From positions 1-41,004 of IMG/VR virus record IMGVR_UViG_3300033067_002145: 41,004 nt of DNA. The stretch is one strand, 5' to 3'. The position numbers and the translations under genes were made by a program. Below the pieces are notes generated by a model, which searched no databases, was not told the origin of the DNA, and saw only the letters and a list, made by a program, of their open reading frames with translations. Positions 8,809-19,300 of this stretch are shown one piece after another. Within the stretch, counting starts at the first letter, position 1, and every line of letters begins with the position of its first letter. This DNA is from a virus (Duplodnaviria; Caudoviricetes).

Positions 8809-11559
8809 ATGCCAGCCCCGTACATCCTGCCACAAGTCCAAGTCTTTCAAGAATTCACTCAGATTGCGACGGAGATCACCAATCCGCTGCGAGCTCTGAT
8901 CGTCGCTCCGAATGCTCAGCTGTTCCGGTATTCGGAAGCATCGGAAAAAGCGCAGATCCGACTCGGGACTTACGACCCATCGCAAGATACCGCGTACAGC
9001 TGGCCTGCCAAGCCAGCTGGCTCCATTGTTGACCAAGCCTACGCCAAGGTCTTCATCGACGACGCCCGTCTGCGGTACTTCCAAGATCTGACGGGTGTTG
9101 ACAGCACAATCGCACCGGTCAATGGCTACAAAAACCGCGTCCGATCCAACTCGGTTGCCTTCAAGACCGCCAACGGCGTGGCTCGTTCTGCCGCGCTCTG
9201 TGACCGCGATGTCGCCATCGGTGACTTGGTTGTCCTGCGCAGCCCCGATGACGATCTGACAACCTATGTACGGGACATCCTGTGCGAACCTGTGGCTTCG
9301 TCTCGCGGGGCCGCAACAGCGGACGCAGCCAACGCCTCTGTCACGACACTGTCGACCTCGGTCGAACAGACGCTGGGTGATATCAATCGCCTGCACCTCG
9401 TCGCCGATGGCAGCCTGTTCAACGGGCTGGTCGAAGGCTTCTTGAGTGACGTCTACACGATCCGCGTCACCCAAGGCTCGGTCGGTGGCGATCTGTCGAC
9501 GGCCCGCTTCTCGCTGTCGACCTCCAGTGGTGTTGAGTTCCTCACCGATCTGACACCGGCGGCCCTGGCCTCAACTGGCACGGTCGGTTCTCGCGGCCTC
9601 AAAATCGGGTGGCGTTTGTCTGCGGACAGCGAATCCGTGACGGTCGGAGCCGACCCCACAGATCTGCTCGTCGGTCAAACGTGGGAAGTCTCTGTCCGCC
9701 AGGCGTTCGCCGTTCCGACGGCCACGGCAGCCGGGACTTACACCGGAACGACTGACGACACCTACGTTGTCGTTGTGACTCGCGGCGGCAAGTTCGCTGA
9801 CGCAGACGTCAACAAACGACCCCGCATCAGCGTCCACAGTGTTATCGGTACTGACGGAAGTCAGGATGTCGCCGTCACCGCCGTGTCGACACCAGTGGCC
9901 ATCGGTTCGCACGGTGTCACCATCAGCTTTGCCGGGGCCTCTGTGACCGGCCTGCGTAAGGGTGACGTCTGGACGATCGCTGTTACGGCCGCCTCCCTGG
10001 GTCGGGCCGGTACCTTGGTGCTGGGTCACAACATGCCGACGGCAATGTTGTCGGAAGTCGACTTGGACCTCGAACTCTTCATCCAGAAGAACATCGAACT
10101 CCCGAACTACCACGAAACCCCGTCTCCAGACTACAACTGGACGACCAGCAGCACGCAGATCACGTTGCAGTCCGGGGCAGAAGCCTACGACAGTTCGTTC
10201 ACCTTGGACGGGGTTGTCCAGCCTCTGCCAGTGGTTGGCGGAACTGTGTACGCCCAGTACCGGGCTTGGCTGCCAACGCTTGTCAACGAGATCGAAGGGT
10301 TGGCCGAAATCTCCGGAATCGACGCCATCCCCGGGCAGCTCCACCCGGACAACCCACTCAAATGGCTGGCCCACAAGACACTGACCAACAATGGCGGCAC
10401 GGGAATGCGGTACACCGCTGTTTCCGATCCCGCCAGTTTGGACGCGTGGGCACATGCGTTGGACTTGGGTACGGAACGCTATGACCTGTACAACATCGTT
10501 CTCGGCAGCGAAGACACTACCGTGCTCGATCTGGGTGTGGCCCACGTCCAAGCCCTGTCCAGCGCTTCAGCCGGCAAATGGCGAAAGCTGTTTGTTCCGC
10601 TGGTGGCCGATCCTGTTTCGGTGGTCGTGTCGGCCGCAAAGTCCACGGACCACGCCGCCGTTCTGGGAACCATCACGGACAATCCCGAAGCAGCCGGTAC
10701 GCAGTACACGCTGCTGACCATCACCAGCGGAAACGCCTCGCTCGTTGAGCTTGGTGTCCAGGCAGGTGACGTTGTCCGCACAGGCTTCGCGATCGACGCT
10801 GTCGGCCGAACTGTCTACAACTCGTACACTGTCGATTCGGTGGTCAACGAGCAGACATTGCTTCTGGCTGCCGGGCCTGTGGCACCGGTCAACACCGCAC
10901 AGCGTGTGGAGATTTACCACACCAATTCGGCCACCGAGCTGGCAACCCAGATCGGACTCAAGGCGGCTCGTTATTCGAATCGCCGGGTCTGTGCTGTGTG
11001 GCCTGATCGCGTGTCCTCGACAGCTCTGGAATGCTGTGCGGCTCTAGCCGGCCTGGCCAGCGGCGTCGTACCGCAGCAAGCTCTGACCAATGTCCAAGTC
11101 CTTGGCTTGGACGGCGGGACGGCTACCGCGGCCAAATTCTCCGCGACGAATCTGGACCTGCTGGCCTCCTACGGTACTTGGATCGTCTCCAAGGACAGCA
11201 CGGGCTCGATCGTGTCCCGCGACGCACTGACCACCGATATGACCTCGATCGATTCTCGGTCAGAAATGGTGGTCCGAAATGTCGACTCCATCAGTTACTA
11301 TATGCGTGCCGGCATGCTGAAATATGTCGGACAGTCCAATGTTGTGCCGTCGGCCCTGGAGCAGATCCGGATCGAATTGCAGGGCAACATCGAGTTCCTG
11401 AAGAGCAATGGTTTCGTAAACCGGCTGGGCGGCCAGCTGGTGGATGCCACAATCGTCCAGTTGCGACAGGATCTCATCCAGAAAAACCGTGTTGTTGTCG
11501 TGATCAACCTGACGATCCCGTATTCGATGGATGTTATCCAAATCTACTTGAATGCCTGA
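8809..11559 (+). CDS. Contractile tail sheath protein
   Basis: N-terminus 'YILPQVQVFQEF'. C-terminal core includes 'CAALAGLASG..PQQALTN', 'ALTTDMTS...EMVVRNVD' and 'VVVINLTIPYSMDVIQIYL'. Large beta-rich insertion; followed by the tube gene. Confidence 0.85.
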   Translation: MPAPYILPQVQVFQEFTQIATEITNPLRALIVAPNAQLFRYSEASEKAQIRLGTYDPSQDTAYSWPAKPAGSIVDQAYAKVFIDDARLRYFQDLTGVDSTIAPVNGYKNRVRSNSVAFKTANGVARSAALCDRDVAIGDLVVLRSPDDDLTTYVRDILCEPVASSRGAATADAANASVTTLSTSVEQTLGDINRLHLVADGSLFNGLVEGFLSDVYTIRVTQGSVGGDLSTARFSLSTSSGVEFLTDLTPAALASTGTVGSRGLKIGWRLSADSESVTVGADPTDLLVGQTWEVSVRQAFAVPTATAAGTYTGTTDDTYVVVVTRGGKFADADVNKRPRISVHSVIGTDGSQDVAVTAVSTPVAIGSHGVTISFAGASVTGLRKGDVWTIAVTAASLGRAGTLVLGHNMPTAMLSEVDLDLELFIQKNIELPNYHETPSPDYNWTTSSTQITLQSGAEAYDSSFTLDGVVQPLPVVGGTVYAQYRAWLPTLVNEIEGLAEISGIDAIPGQLHPDNPLKWLAHKTLTNNGGTGMRYTAVSDPASLDAWAHALDLGTERYDLYNIVLGSEDTTVLDLGVAHVQALSSASAGKWRKLFVPLVADPVSVVVSAAKSTDHAAVLGTITDNPEAAGTQYTLLTITSGNASLVELGVQAGDVVRTGFAIDAVGRTVYNSYTVDSVVNEQTLLLAAGPVAPVNTAQRVEIYHTNSATELATQIGLKAARYSNRRVCAVWPDRVSSTALECCAALAGLASGVVPQQALTNVQVLGLDGGTATAAKFSATNLDLLASYGTWIVSKDSTGSIVSRDALTTDMTSIDSRSEMVVRNVDSISYYMRAGMLKYVGQSNVVPSALEQIRIELQGNIEFLKSNGFVNRLGGQLVDATIVQLRQDLIQKNRVVVVINLTIPYSMDVIQIYLNA

Positions 11560-11623
11560 TCGATACCTGTCTGCCTTACCACCGGTCACCCAACGCCGGT
11601 AACGAAATCATGGAGGATTTCCA

Positions 11624-12121
11624 ATGCCCACGGACGTGTTCAATCGCGCAGGTCAAGACTTCGGCGGAGCTGTCGCCGCCGATGCGGCCCGCGTTGTTTT
11701 CTCTGCGCCGGACTTGTCTGGCGGCGGTGTCGGGATGCTGGTGCAGCAGCTCGGCCTGAATTACCAGCAGCAAGTCACACGTGTCTTCGAGATTGGTAGC
11801 GACAAGACCTTCTACATTGTCGGCCGAACTCAAGGACAGGTCAGCATGGCCCGAATCCTGGGTCCGCGACCTGTCCAGCTGGGTTTCTACACCAAGTTCG
11901 GAAACGCCTGTAACGCAGCCACGAACAACATCAATTTCGTGGCCGATGCTGGTTGTCCTGGCAATAACGGTGGAACCAGCTTTTCCAGCGGGACCTACGC
12001 CTTCACCATCAAATTTGCCGTGATCATCCAATTGGGGATCACAATTCAGGCACAGGATATGGTCATCAACGAACAGGTCGGTATGATGTTCGCTGCTCTG
12101 GATGCCGGACTGAACCAGTAA
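11624..12121 (+). CDS. Tail tube protein
   Basis: ggagga RBS; 165 aa directly after the sheath, with the tube-type pattern 'VQQLGLNYQQQVTRVFEIGS...GRTQGQVSMARI'. Confidence 0.75.
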   Translation: MPTDVFNRAGQDFGGAVAADAARVVFSAPDLSGGGVGMLVQQLGLNYQQQVTRVFEIGSDKTFYIVGRTQGQVSMARILGPRPVQLGFYTKFGNACNAATNNINFVADAGCPGNNGGTSFSSGTYAFTIKFAVIIQLGITIQAQDMVINEQVGMMFAALDAGLNQ

Positions 12122-12152
12122 TCGCCGGTCAGAGCGCCTATGGAGCACTCTG

Positions 12153-14843
12153 ATGGCTGACCACGATTTGCATCGTATGGAATGGACGCTCGCGGAAATG
12201 GGTAACCAGTTCCGCGAGCGGCCTGCTTCTGACCCCACCTCGGCGGGAGTGTCCCGCAATGGCAGTCTCAAGAGCGGACCAGAGGTCTTATTCGGCCGGG
12301 TGGTTGACTCCATTCCTTACGTCAACACCTACAAGGTCCTACCCGAACGTGGCCTGAGCGTCATCACCTGCGGTTATGCCACGCCAGGCCCCTGCGGCAT
12401 TATCGGGGCCAAGAGCGTCTCCACGCTTCCCGTGGGGGCTATGGTCTGGTTCATCTTCCACAGGTCAACCAACCACGGCATGATTATCGCCGTCGCCCCG
12501 GACTACATGTCGGACGGGGCAAAAGCCCTGTCGGATTTCATCTACGTCGGCAGCCGCAGCGGTCTGCACGTCGATCCTGCCAACTCCTATCCCTTCCAGA
12601 CGGCAGCTCGCGGGATTATCGACTTCTCGTCCGGACGCCCGTTCGATTCGACCAGCGGGGGTGAATGGGGGGCAATTACGGAGACCGGGCTACGGGTACT
12701 CCTGGACTCCTTCATGGTTCAGCTGGGCTGTGGAGAGGCCTGTGGTGTTTACGCCTACTACTGGGACCAGCTGTTGAGACTGGCAGGTGTAAATCTGCAG
12801 ATCCGCAGTTCGTTCTCCGAGCAGGAGCTCTTGGACGACCAGTCTGAAACTTACGGCATGCACGGGATCTCCATTTACCCGTGGGAGGCTCTCGGGCTGC
12901 CCCGGTTCGGCAACAAGGCTGGGCGGGTGCTGGATGCGCAGCAAACCGAGCTGGACGAGTCTTGGTACGCGGCGAACGAGCCTCAGCACGACGACCAAGC
13001 CCCGATTCGCCGTGTGAAGGAGTTCTCTGGCTATCTTGGCCAAGGCGGCCGACGGACGATCTCGATACCGATCTCGCGCGTGTTGAACACCTACGGGGAA
13101 CCCATCACAGAAGCTGCCGTGTTCGAGGAGCAGATCTCGTTGACGGGGCGATACACCCTGCGGAGCGCCACCGGTGTCACGATCGCCAAGCGTCCGCTGA
13201 TCCCGGCGGTCCGGCAGAAAGCCCGGCCGGAGGCTGGCTCGGGGGACACACCGCAGAATTATCGGTTTTCAGGTCTGGATGGCTTAGGCCAAGGTCCGGA
13301 GCACAAAATACACGGAGCCCCCGGGCTTCCGGAAATGACCTCCGGGACAGATCCCGGGCGGGTCCGGGCTCGCGGAATCGAAGACCTGCATGCCTATGTG
13401 TTCAACTGGGCGAACCAGACGCCGTTCCATTACCACCAGAACGACTGGACCGTCTCGGAAGAGACGCAGTCACCGCTCGGAACTCAATTACCGGAAATTG
13501 ACTTCGGCACACTGTCTGAAAATTCCCAGATGTATCTTCAAGATCCGCCGAGAGTTAACCTCGACGTTGACCACCGGTACAACACGGTTGCCTTTGCGCT
13601 CTCCAGCTCCTACTTCACGCTGCTGGACGACGGAGGAGTTGCGATTGGCGACGGATTCGGCTCAGAGATCCTGATGTCTGGAGGCTCCATCGAACTCTCG
13701 GCACCGGGGGATGTCTGGTTGAAGTCTGGACGTAATGCGGTTGTCTGGGGTGGTCGTGACGTGGTCGTCCGCGGCCGCAACCATGTGGATATCACCGCCA
13801 GCAAGAAGGATGTCCGCATCAAAGCCGAGAAGCACCTTTGGGCCCTGGCTGGAAACGGCGGTTCCGACGGAATGCTACTGTTGGAAAGCCGCGCCACAAG
13901 CACCTATTTTGACTTCGGCAAGGATACTCCGATCATCGGAGAAGCCGCATCTGCAGGCGGTGTCGTGCTCCGTGCGACAAACAACGCGGTGATGACATGG
14001 TCCAAGGATCTGTACCTGAGAACAGGGGGCGGCAGCATCCAAGCCGGGGACGTGTTCATCGACGCCGGGAAGGGAAAGTCGAACATCCTGACCACCTCCC
14101 AGTCCATTGTGAACTACCTGGACCAAGATGGCTGGCGTATCGACGCCTATCTGACACCCCGCAATGTGGCCAAGCTGCATGCTTACGGGCAGAACTCGGT
14201 GTTTTTGAGCTCCAACGTGTATGCACTGGGAGCCTTGGCGGTCGATGGCGAGATCTATGCCAACAGCTGGATCTACGTGGATAACGGGAGTATCGCGTCT
14301 TCCGAGGCCGACGCGACCTTCGGACGTGTTCAGAGCATCTCTGCTGGCGATCTAGCCAGCTTCTTCCAAGAGGTTCGCAAGGCAGGCGACGACGCCAAGC
14401 CAAATCTGTACACGCTGTGGCAAACAGACTTCGACCAGAAGTGGTATCAGGAACATCAAGCTGGGGCCGACGATACCTTGGCAAAAGCGGAGTTCAGCTG
14501 CCGGTCGGCCGATCAGTATCGGACGTACACATCTGGCGGGGCCAACTTCCGGATTTACGAGGACCGTTGGCAGCAAATGGCCCGGAAATCTGGTAGTGTG
14601 TCCACCGTGTGGCAGGAGCCGGTCGTCTCGTCTCAAGGTGTCAACACGATGCCGTGGCCTGGTTATGAATCATTTACGCAATCCGGCGGACTTGTGCTCG
14701 TGCCGACGACGATGTTTGATATGGACCGGGGGACTGCTAAGCCCCGCGGTGCGGCGGATTCCCAGAACAGCCCCTACCACGACCCCAAATACGGCACCCC
14801 GGAAAAAGCGGTGCTGAATGACAGCTACCTCGTAACAGGATGA
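12153..14843 (+). CDS. gp5/gpV/VgrG-like baseplate central spike, large
   Basis: OB-fold-like N-terminus ('GRVVDS...STLPVGAMVW') and beta-helix-type repeats ('GSEILMSGGSIELSAPGDVWLKSGRNAVVWGGRDVVVRGRNHVDITA'). Confidence 0.6.
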   Translation: MADHDLHRMEWTLAEMGNQFRERPASDPTSAGVSRNGSLKSGPEVLFGRVVDSIPYVNTYKVLPERGLSVITCGYATPGPCGIIGAKSVSTLPVGAMVWFIFHRSTNHGMIIAVAPDYMSDGAKALSDFIYVGSRSGLHVDPANSYPFQTAARGIIDFSSGRPFDSTSGGEWGAITETGLRVLLDSFMVQLGCGEACGVYAYYWDQLLRLAGVNLQIRSSFSEQELLDDQSETYGMHGISIYPWEALGLPRFGNKAGRVLDAQQTELDESWYAANEPQHDDQAPIRRVKEFSGYLGQGGRRTISIPISRVLNTYGEPITEAAVFEEQISLTGRYTLRSATGVTIAKRPLIPAVRQKARPEAGSGDTPQNYRFSGLDGLGQGPEHKIHGAPGLPEMTSGTDPGRVRARGIEDLHAYVFNWANQTPFHYHQNDWTVSEETQSPLGTQLPEIDFGTLSENSQMYLQDPPRVNLDVDHRYNTVAFALSSSYFTLLDDGGVAIGDGFGSEILMSGGSIELSAPGDVWLKSGRNAVVWGGRDVVVRGRNHVDITASKKDVRIKAEKHLWALAGNGGSDGMLLLESRATSTYFDFGKDTPIIGEAASAGGVVLRATNNAVMTWSKDLYLRTGGGSIQAGDVFIDAGKGKSNILTTSQSIVNYLDQDGWRIDAYLTPRNVAKLHAYGQNSVFLSSNVYALGALAVDGEIYANSWIYVDNGSIASSEADATFGRVQSISAGDLASFFQEVRKAGDDAKPNLYTLWQTDFDQKWYQEHQAGADDTLAKAEFSCRSADQYRTYTSGGANFRIYEDRWQQMARKSGSVSTVWQEPVVSSQGVNTMPWPGYESFTQSGGLVLVPTTMFDMDRGTAKPRGAADSQNSPYHDPKYGTPEKAVLNDSYLVTG

Positions 14844-15877
14844 CCTCGATGTTGGATCTTCGTTCAAAGCCTAGTGTTCCACTCGCCCCGGCCGCCCCGC
14901 AGGCCGCTGCCGCACCTGCCGTGTTTCGTCCTAACGCCCTGCCACTGCCTCCGGGCTCTGTCCCTATTCTGACGCCGGAGGAAAAAGCCGCTCTGGAAAA
15001 ACTCGACTGGAAGCAGGGGGACCCTGTTCCGAACGTCGCCGAACTCGTTGACCAGATCAAACAGTCTCGGCCGGACATGGACGCTGTGTCGTTCGTCGAG
15101 CCAGGTAAACTCAACCCGAAAATCGTGGATTTCTCGGAGCTCTCAGGCCCCGAACAAGAACGGCTAAAAGAGGCTGTGGCCCTCGGCAAGCAGCAATACG
15201 AGTATCTGGCAGCCAAAGAAGCACAGTCCGTACCAAACACCCAGACACCCGACGTCAACCGGGCTGTCGAACAGTTGACGGAAGGCACAGCAACCAAGGT
15301 TGAACTGGATGAGGCCCCGCCACCATTGACCACGGCGGCCCCGGTAAAGACGAACTGCCCGGCATGCGGATTTCACCCTGATGCCGAAGTCATTGAAGTC
15401 ACGGCTGCAGACAAGCACGATTTCTTGGCGATGCTGCTGGGAAACGCCCGGTTCAAAAAACGTTACCCGCTGCTCGGCGGGAAAATGTACATTACGTTCA
15501 AGTCCCTGCGGCGAGACGAGATGGAGCTCGCACTCAACCAAGCCTCGTACGATGACCGGGACGGACTGTTTGCGACCCAGTACGAGTATTTCCGGGTCCA
15601 TTCCAACTACGAAACCGTGTTATCGATCGACGAGATCGAAACCGCTGGCAAAGTCGTCAAAATGCCAGACATCCAAGATGTCGAGTGGGACAAGCCTCGG
15701 GACACGGAAAAGGCTCAGACGGCCCTCAAGGTCTACTATCCGTATGTGAACGCCCATTACTTGTCCAACGCCTCCTTGACGCGGGTCATCGGCCTGCTGT
15801 TCCAACGTTTCAAGGCCTTGTTGCACAGGCTGGAGGCTAATGTGCAAAACCCGGATTTTTGGAACGGGATCGAGTAG
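14840..15877 (+). CDS. Putative tail assembly chaperone (gpG-like)
   Basis: Pro/Ala-rich N-terminus, CxxC (CPAC) and a 'ITFKSLRRDE' chaperone-like strand-helix. Ends in NPDFW at a slippery site and lies upstream of the tape measure gene. Confidence 0.55.
   Translation: MTSMLDLRSKPSVPLAPAAPQAAAAPAVFRPNALPLPPGSVPILTPEEKAALEKLDWKQGDPVPNVAELVDQIKQSRPDMDAVSFVEPGKLNPKIVDFSELSGPEQERLKEAVALGKQQYEYLAAKEAQSVPNTQTPDVNRAVEQLTEGTATKVELDEAPPPLTTAAPVKTNCPACGFHPDAEVIEVTAADKHDFLAMLLGNARFKKRYPLLGGKMYITFKSLRRDEMELALNQASYDDRDGLFATQYEYFRVHSNYETVLSIDEIETAGKVVKMPDIQDVEWDKPRDTEKAQTALKVYYPYVNAHYLSNASLTRVIGLLFQRFKALLHRLEANVQNPDFWNGIE
15853..15859 (+). other. Candidate -1 ribosomal frameshift heptamer G GAT TTT
   Basis: Correctly phased in the 14840 frame; a -1 slip enters the 15859-16299 frame. 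Confidence 0.55.
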
Positions 15878-16299
15878 CCTGTCTGATGCGGCGGGTCGTT
15901 CGTGCCGGCCGCTTTGACTGGTCTGACTACGATCCCCTGGACTGGGTTTCTCGACTACGGCTGTCGCTGGCGATCTCCGACGAGGCAGATGCTGTAGCCA
16001 TACGGACGTGGCGTGCGATACAAGATTACAATATCGGTTTCGCTGGCATGGACGGCGAGATCGAGTTCGAGCACCGGAAGAAGGCGATTGCAACGGCCTT
16101 GGAGGCTATGCAGCACATTCTCAAGCTGGAGATGCCGTGGAAGTTTGTTGAGACGGAGGAAAAACCAGACACGGCCGCAATCCGTAAGATGCGGGACGTC
16201 TGGGAAGAGACATGGGGTAAACTGGATGATCCGGAAACCCAGCGCAAGATTGCTGCGACAGCCGAGTGGCTGAAACGACACACCGCTCAGAAACGCTGA
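15859..16299 (+). CDS. Putative gpT-like chaperone extension, probably made as a frameshift fusion
   Basis: Overlaps the upstream gene in the -1 frame, has no clear RBS and sits immediately before the tape measure gene. Confidence 0.55.
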   Translation: MERDRVACLMRRVVRAGRFDWSDYDPLDWVSRLRLSLAISDEADAVAIRTWRAIQDYNIGFAGMDGEIEFEHRKKAIATALEAMQHILKLEMPWKFVETEEKPDTAAIRKMRDVWEETWGKLDDPETQRKIAATAEWLKRHTAQKR

Positions 16300-16315
16300 C
16301 CACCACGGAAGGTGA

Positions 16316-19300
16316 ATGATGCCAGGGGCCGAACAGTTTTTCAGTTACACCGCACAGCAGGGGACAATGATCCCCGGGCACAGCTTGGTGGACGGTGCAG
16401 ACTACGGACTCGGACCGCTAGGCAACCCGTTGGCGTCGATGGCAGCCTCGGCGATGATGGGACAAGTTGGTCTGAGTCCAAGTCAGTTCTTCCCGATGTA
16501 CAATCTGGCCGATCTGACCAGGGCCGACATGCTGCGTACCAGGCAGCAGGCTGCCGTCACCAAGGCCATGGCCACCACTGACGTCAATAACTGGCTGGAC
16601 ACCACCGGTGGTGCCATGCGTATGCTGGGCCTGCCGTTCGGATTGGATCAGCGATCCGCCTTCCGGCAGACTTATGCGGCCGCTACGCCCATATTATCGG
16701 TGCTGGCCCAGATGGCTCCGGAACTTGTCGATTCCTTGCACGGCAGCCGCGGCAGTGCGGCCATCTTGGCCTCCAACCTGTTCCAAGGGGGACAGTATCG
16801 ACTGGATGCCAGCGGCAGCTTGGGACTGGGCGCCGAGTCGATTCAAGGACTGCAACGGACAATCACTGACCAGCTGTACTCGTCCCCGACCCGGATCTCC
16901 GCGATGCGGGGGGTCGGAATGGGGCAGCTCGGTGCCATCTTCGACGAATCGGCACGGCGGGGCTACCTGCCTGGAAGTATCGGAGCCCGTAGCCGCGACG
17001 CCCAAGTCGCGGCTTTGGCCGGTTCCGGGATGAAGATGGAAGATATCCAAGCTTTGGACGAGGCCCAGTTCGGAGAGAAGTTGCGAAACTTTGATGCGAA
17101 ACGGGTTGCCGGACGCTTGAAAGAGATGGCCGGGGCAGTGTCTGCGATGCGGGAGTTGTTCGGCTCTCAAGGACAAGCCAACGCTCCAATGTCGCAGATC
17201 ATCAACGCACTGGAAGCGATTACCCAGAATCGGCTGGCCTCGATGTCGGCGACGCAGGTGGAAGCACTGGTCCGAAAAACCAAGGCGGTGGCGGAAAACA
17301 CCGGGATGGGGATCGACGGCTTGTTGCACCTGACGGCACAGTCTGCAGCTATGGGTGACGGTCTCGGTATGGATCGCCAGCTGGCTATGCGGATAGGCTT
17401 GAGTTCTGCCTCGTACGGGGCTGGCTACAGAAATGCTTTTGGCAGCAGCTTTACGGCCTTCGGTGCCGCCAGCCCTGATGAAGTCGTCGCCCGTGACGTG
17501 AAACTGCGGACACAGGCCGCGATGAGTGAGCAAGCCCGGTTCGGAGGTGCGTTCCTGCGGTCTATGGACGCACTCGGGGTGGACGAGAATACACAAGCCG
17601 GGCGACTGGCCAAGGCACTGCGCAGCGGAGCCACGACATTCGAAGGCCAGTCCATGTTCCGGGTGCTGACCCAGTCCAACCTGACAAAGATTATGCAGGG
17701 GTCCGGTGTCAATGCGGCCGGTGTGCAGGCTTTCACAACCGCACTTGGCGATGAGTTCGGTAATCAGGAATACATTGAGAAGCACGGACTGGAGAAGATG
17801 GTCCGCAAACTCCAAGGGGAAGAGCTGGCCAGTAACGCCGGGCGCATCGCAGGTGAGGGAGCTGTCCAACAGGCCTTGGTTGCGGCCGGGGTGCCGCAGG
17901 AGCAGGCGGCTAAACAAGCACGTGCCGTGGGTGGCGGCCTGCTGCGGACCATGTTTGACTCTGAGAACCCCGAGCTGTTGTCCACGGCAGCCGGGCGGCG
18001 GCAAATGATCGAGCAGGAGCTGGCGAAGACAATGGGTGCCGCCCAAGCTCGTAAACTGGCCCCATCGGTCGCCTTGTCATTTGAGGCCAGGATGAACGCC
18101 CAAGCCAAGTTCTATGGCTACGGCGACTTTACAAAGATGCTCCAGTCGCAGAACCGGATGGCGATCGAGCAAGGCGAGTTTGCCGAAAAGACGGCGGAAG
18201 TCGACGCAGAGGTGGCTAAGGCCATGTCTCCGCTCGGCAAAGCTGGGCCTGTCCAGAGGATTATCGACCTGGTTCAAGCTGGCAACTCGGACGAAGACAT
18301 CATGAAGACGATGGGCAAGGCCCTCGGGGGTGTGGACCTCGCCGGAGTCCGCGAGCTGTCCGACGCCCATGAACGGTACCGGCAGCTGGCCACGAAACCC
18401 AAAAAGACCGCAGCAGATCTTGAGGAGATGCAGGTTCTCCGACGTAAAATCCGCAGTCAGGTCGGTAACATCGTGACAGGGGCGTCACCGGAGCTGCGCG
18501 CGTTTATGAAGGACGCCGATGAAGGAAAGAGCCGGGACGAGCTGGAAGCAACCCATAAGGACAAACTGCGTGGTCTCGGGGTCGACAACCTGCTGAGTCT
18601 GCGTAGAGCCCGGGAACGGGCTGAAGAGCTGGAAGGGAGACCACGCACGGCCGAGGAAGAGCTCGAACTCGAAGCCCACCGGAAAACGATCGATACCGTA
18701 GAAAAGCAGATTACAGACAGCGGTCTGGCGGACTCGGTAGGTCGGCAGGTCAGTGATGCAGACATGGCAAGGGCTGCCGGAGGATTCCGGAAGCTTGAAG
18801 AAGCCATGGCCGACAAAGATATGGACGCCACCAAGCGCGAACGCATCATCGACCGCGAGGCTCGGCATGGGTTGGCCCGGGCCAACAATATCGTCCAAGC
18901 CCTGTATGTCGATCCAGCTAGTCTCCGTAAACTGGGCGTTGGTGGTGTCCGGAAGCTGAAGTCCGTTGAGGGTCAGTACACCCAGGTTCTCCGTCTGGTC
19001 AACGGGGACACCGAACTGCTGAAGAAAGCCTTGGCCGGAGATCCGTCGGTACCTGAGAGTGTCCGGAAACAGGTTCAAGCGATGATGGGGCAGCTGGGTG
19101 CCGACATGGCTGAACTGGAAGAAGCCTTGGCAGGTGAGGGTTCTCCCATGACTCCGGAGCAGGCGGCGGCCGAAAAAGAAGAGTTGGATAAACTGTATGC
19201 CGAACGCAATGCCTCCGATGAGGACCAGAAAAAGTCACTGCTTGAGCGGCTGGCTAAGGTGAGCGGTCTGGATCTGGCCGATATGTCTGACGAAGAAAAA

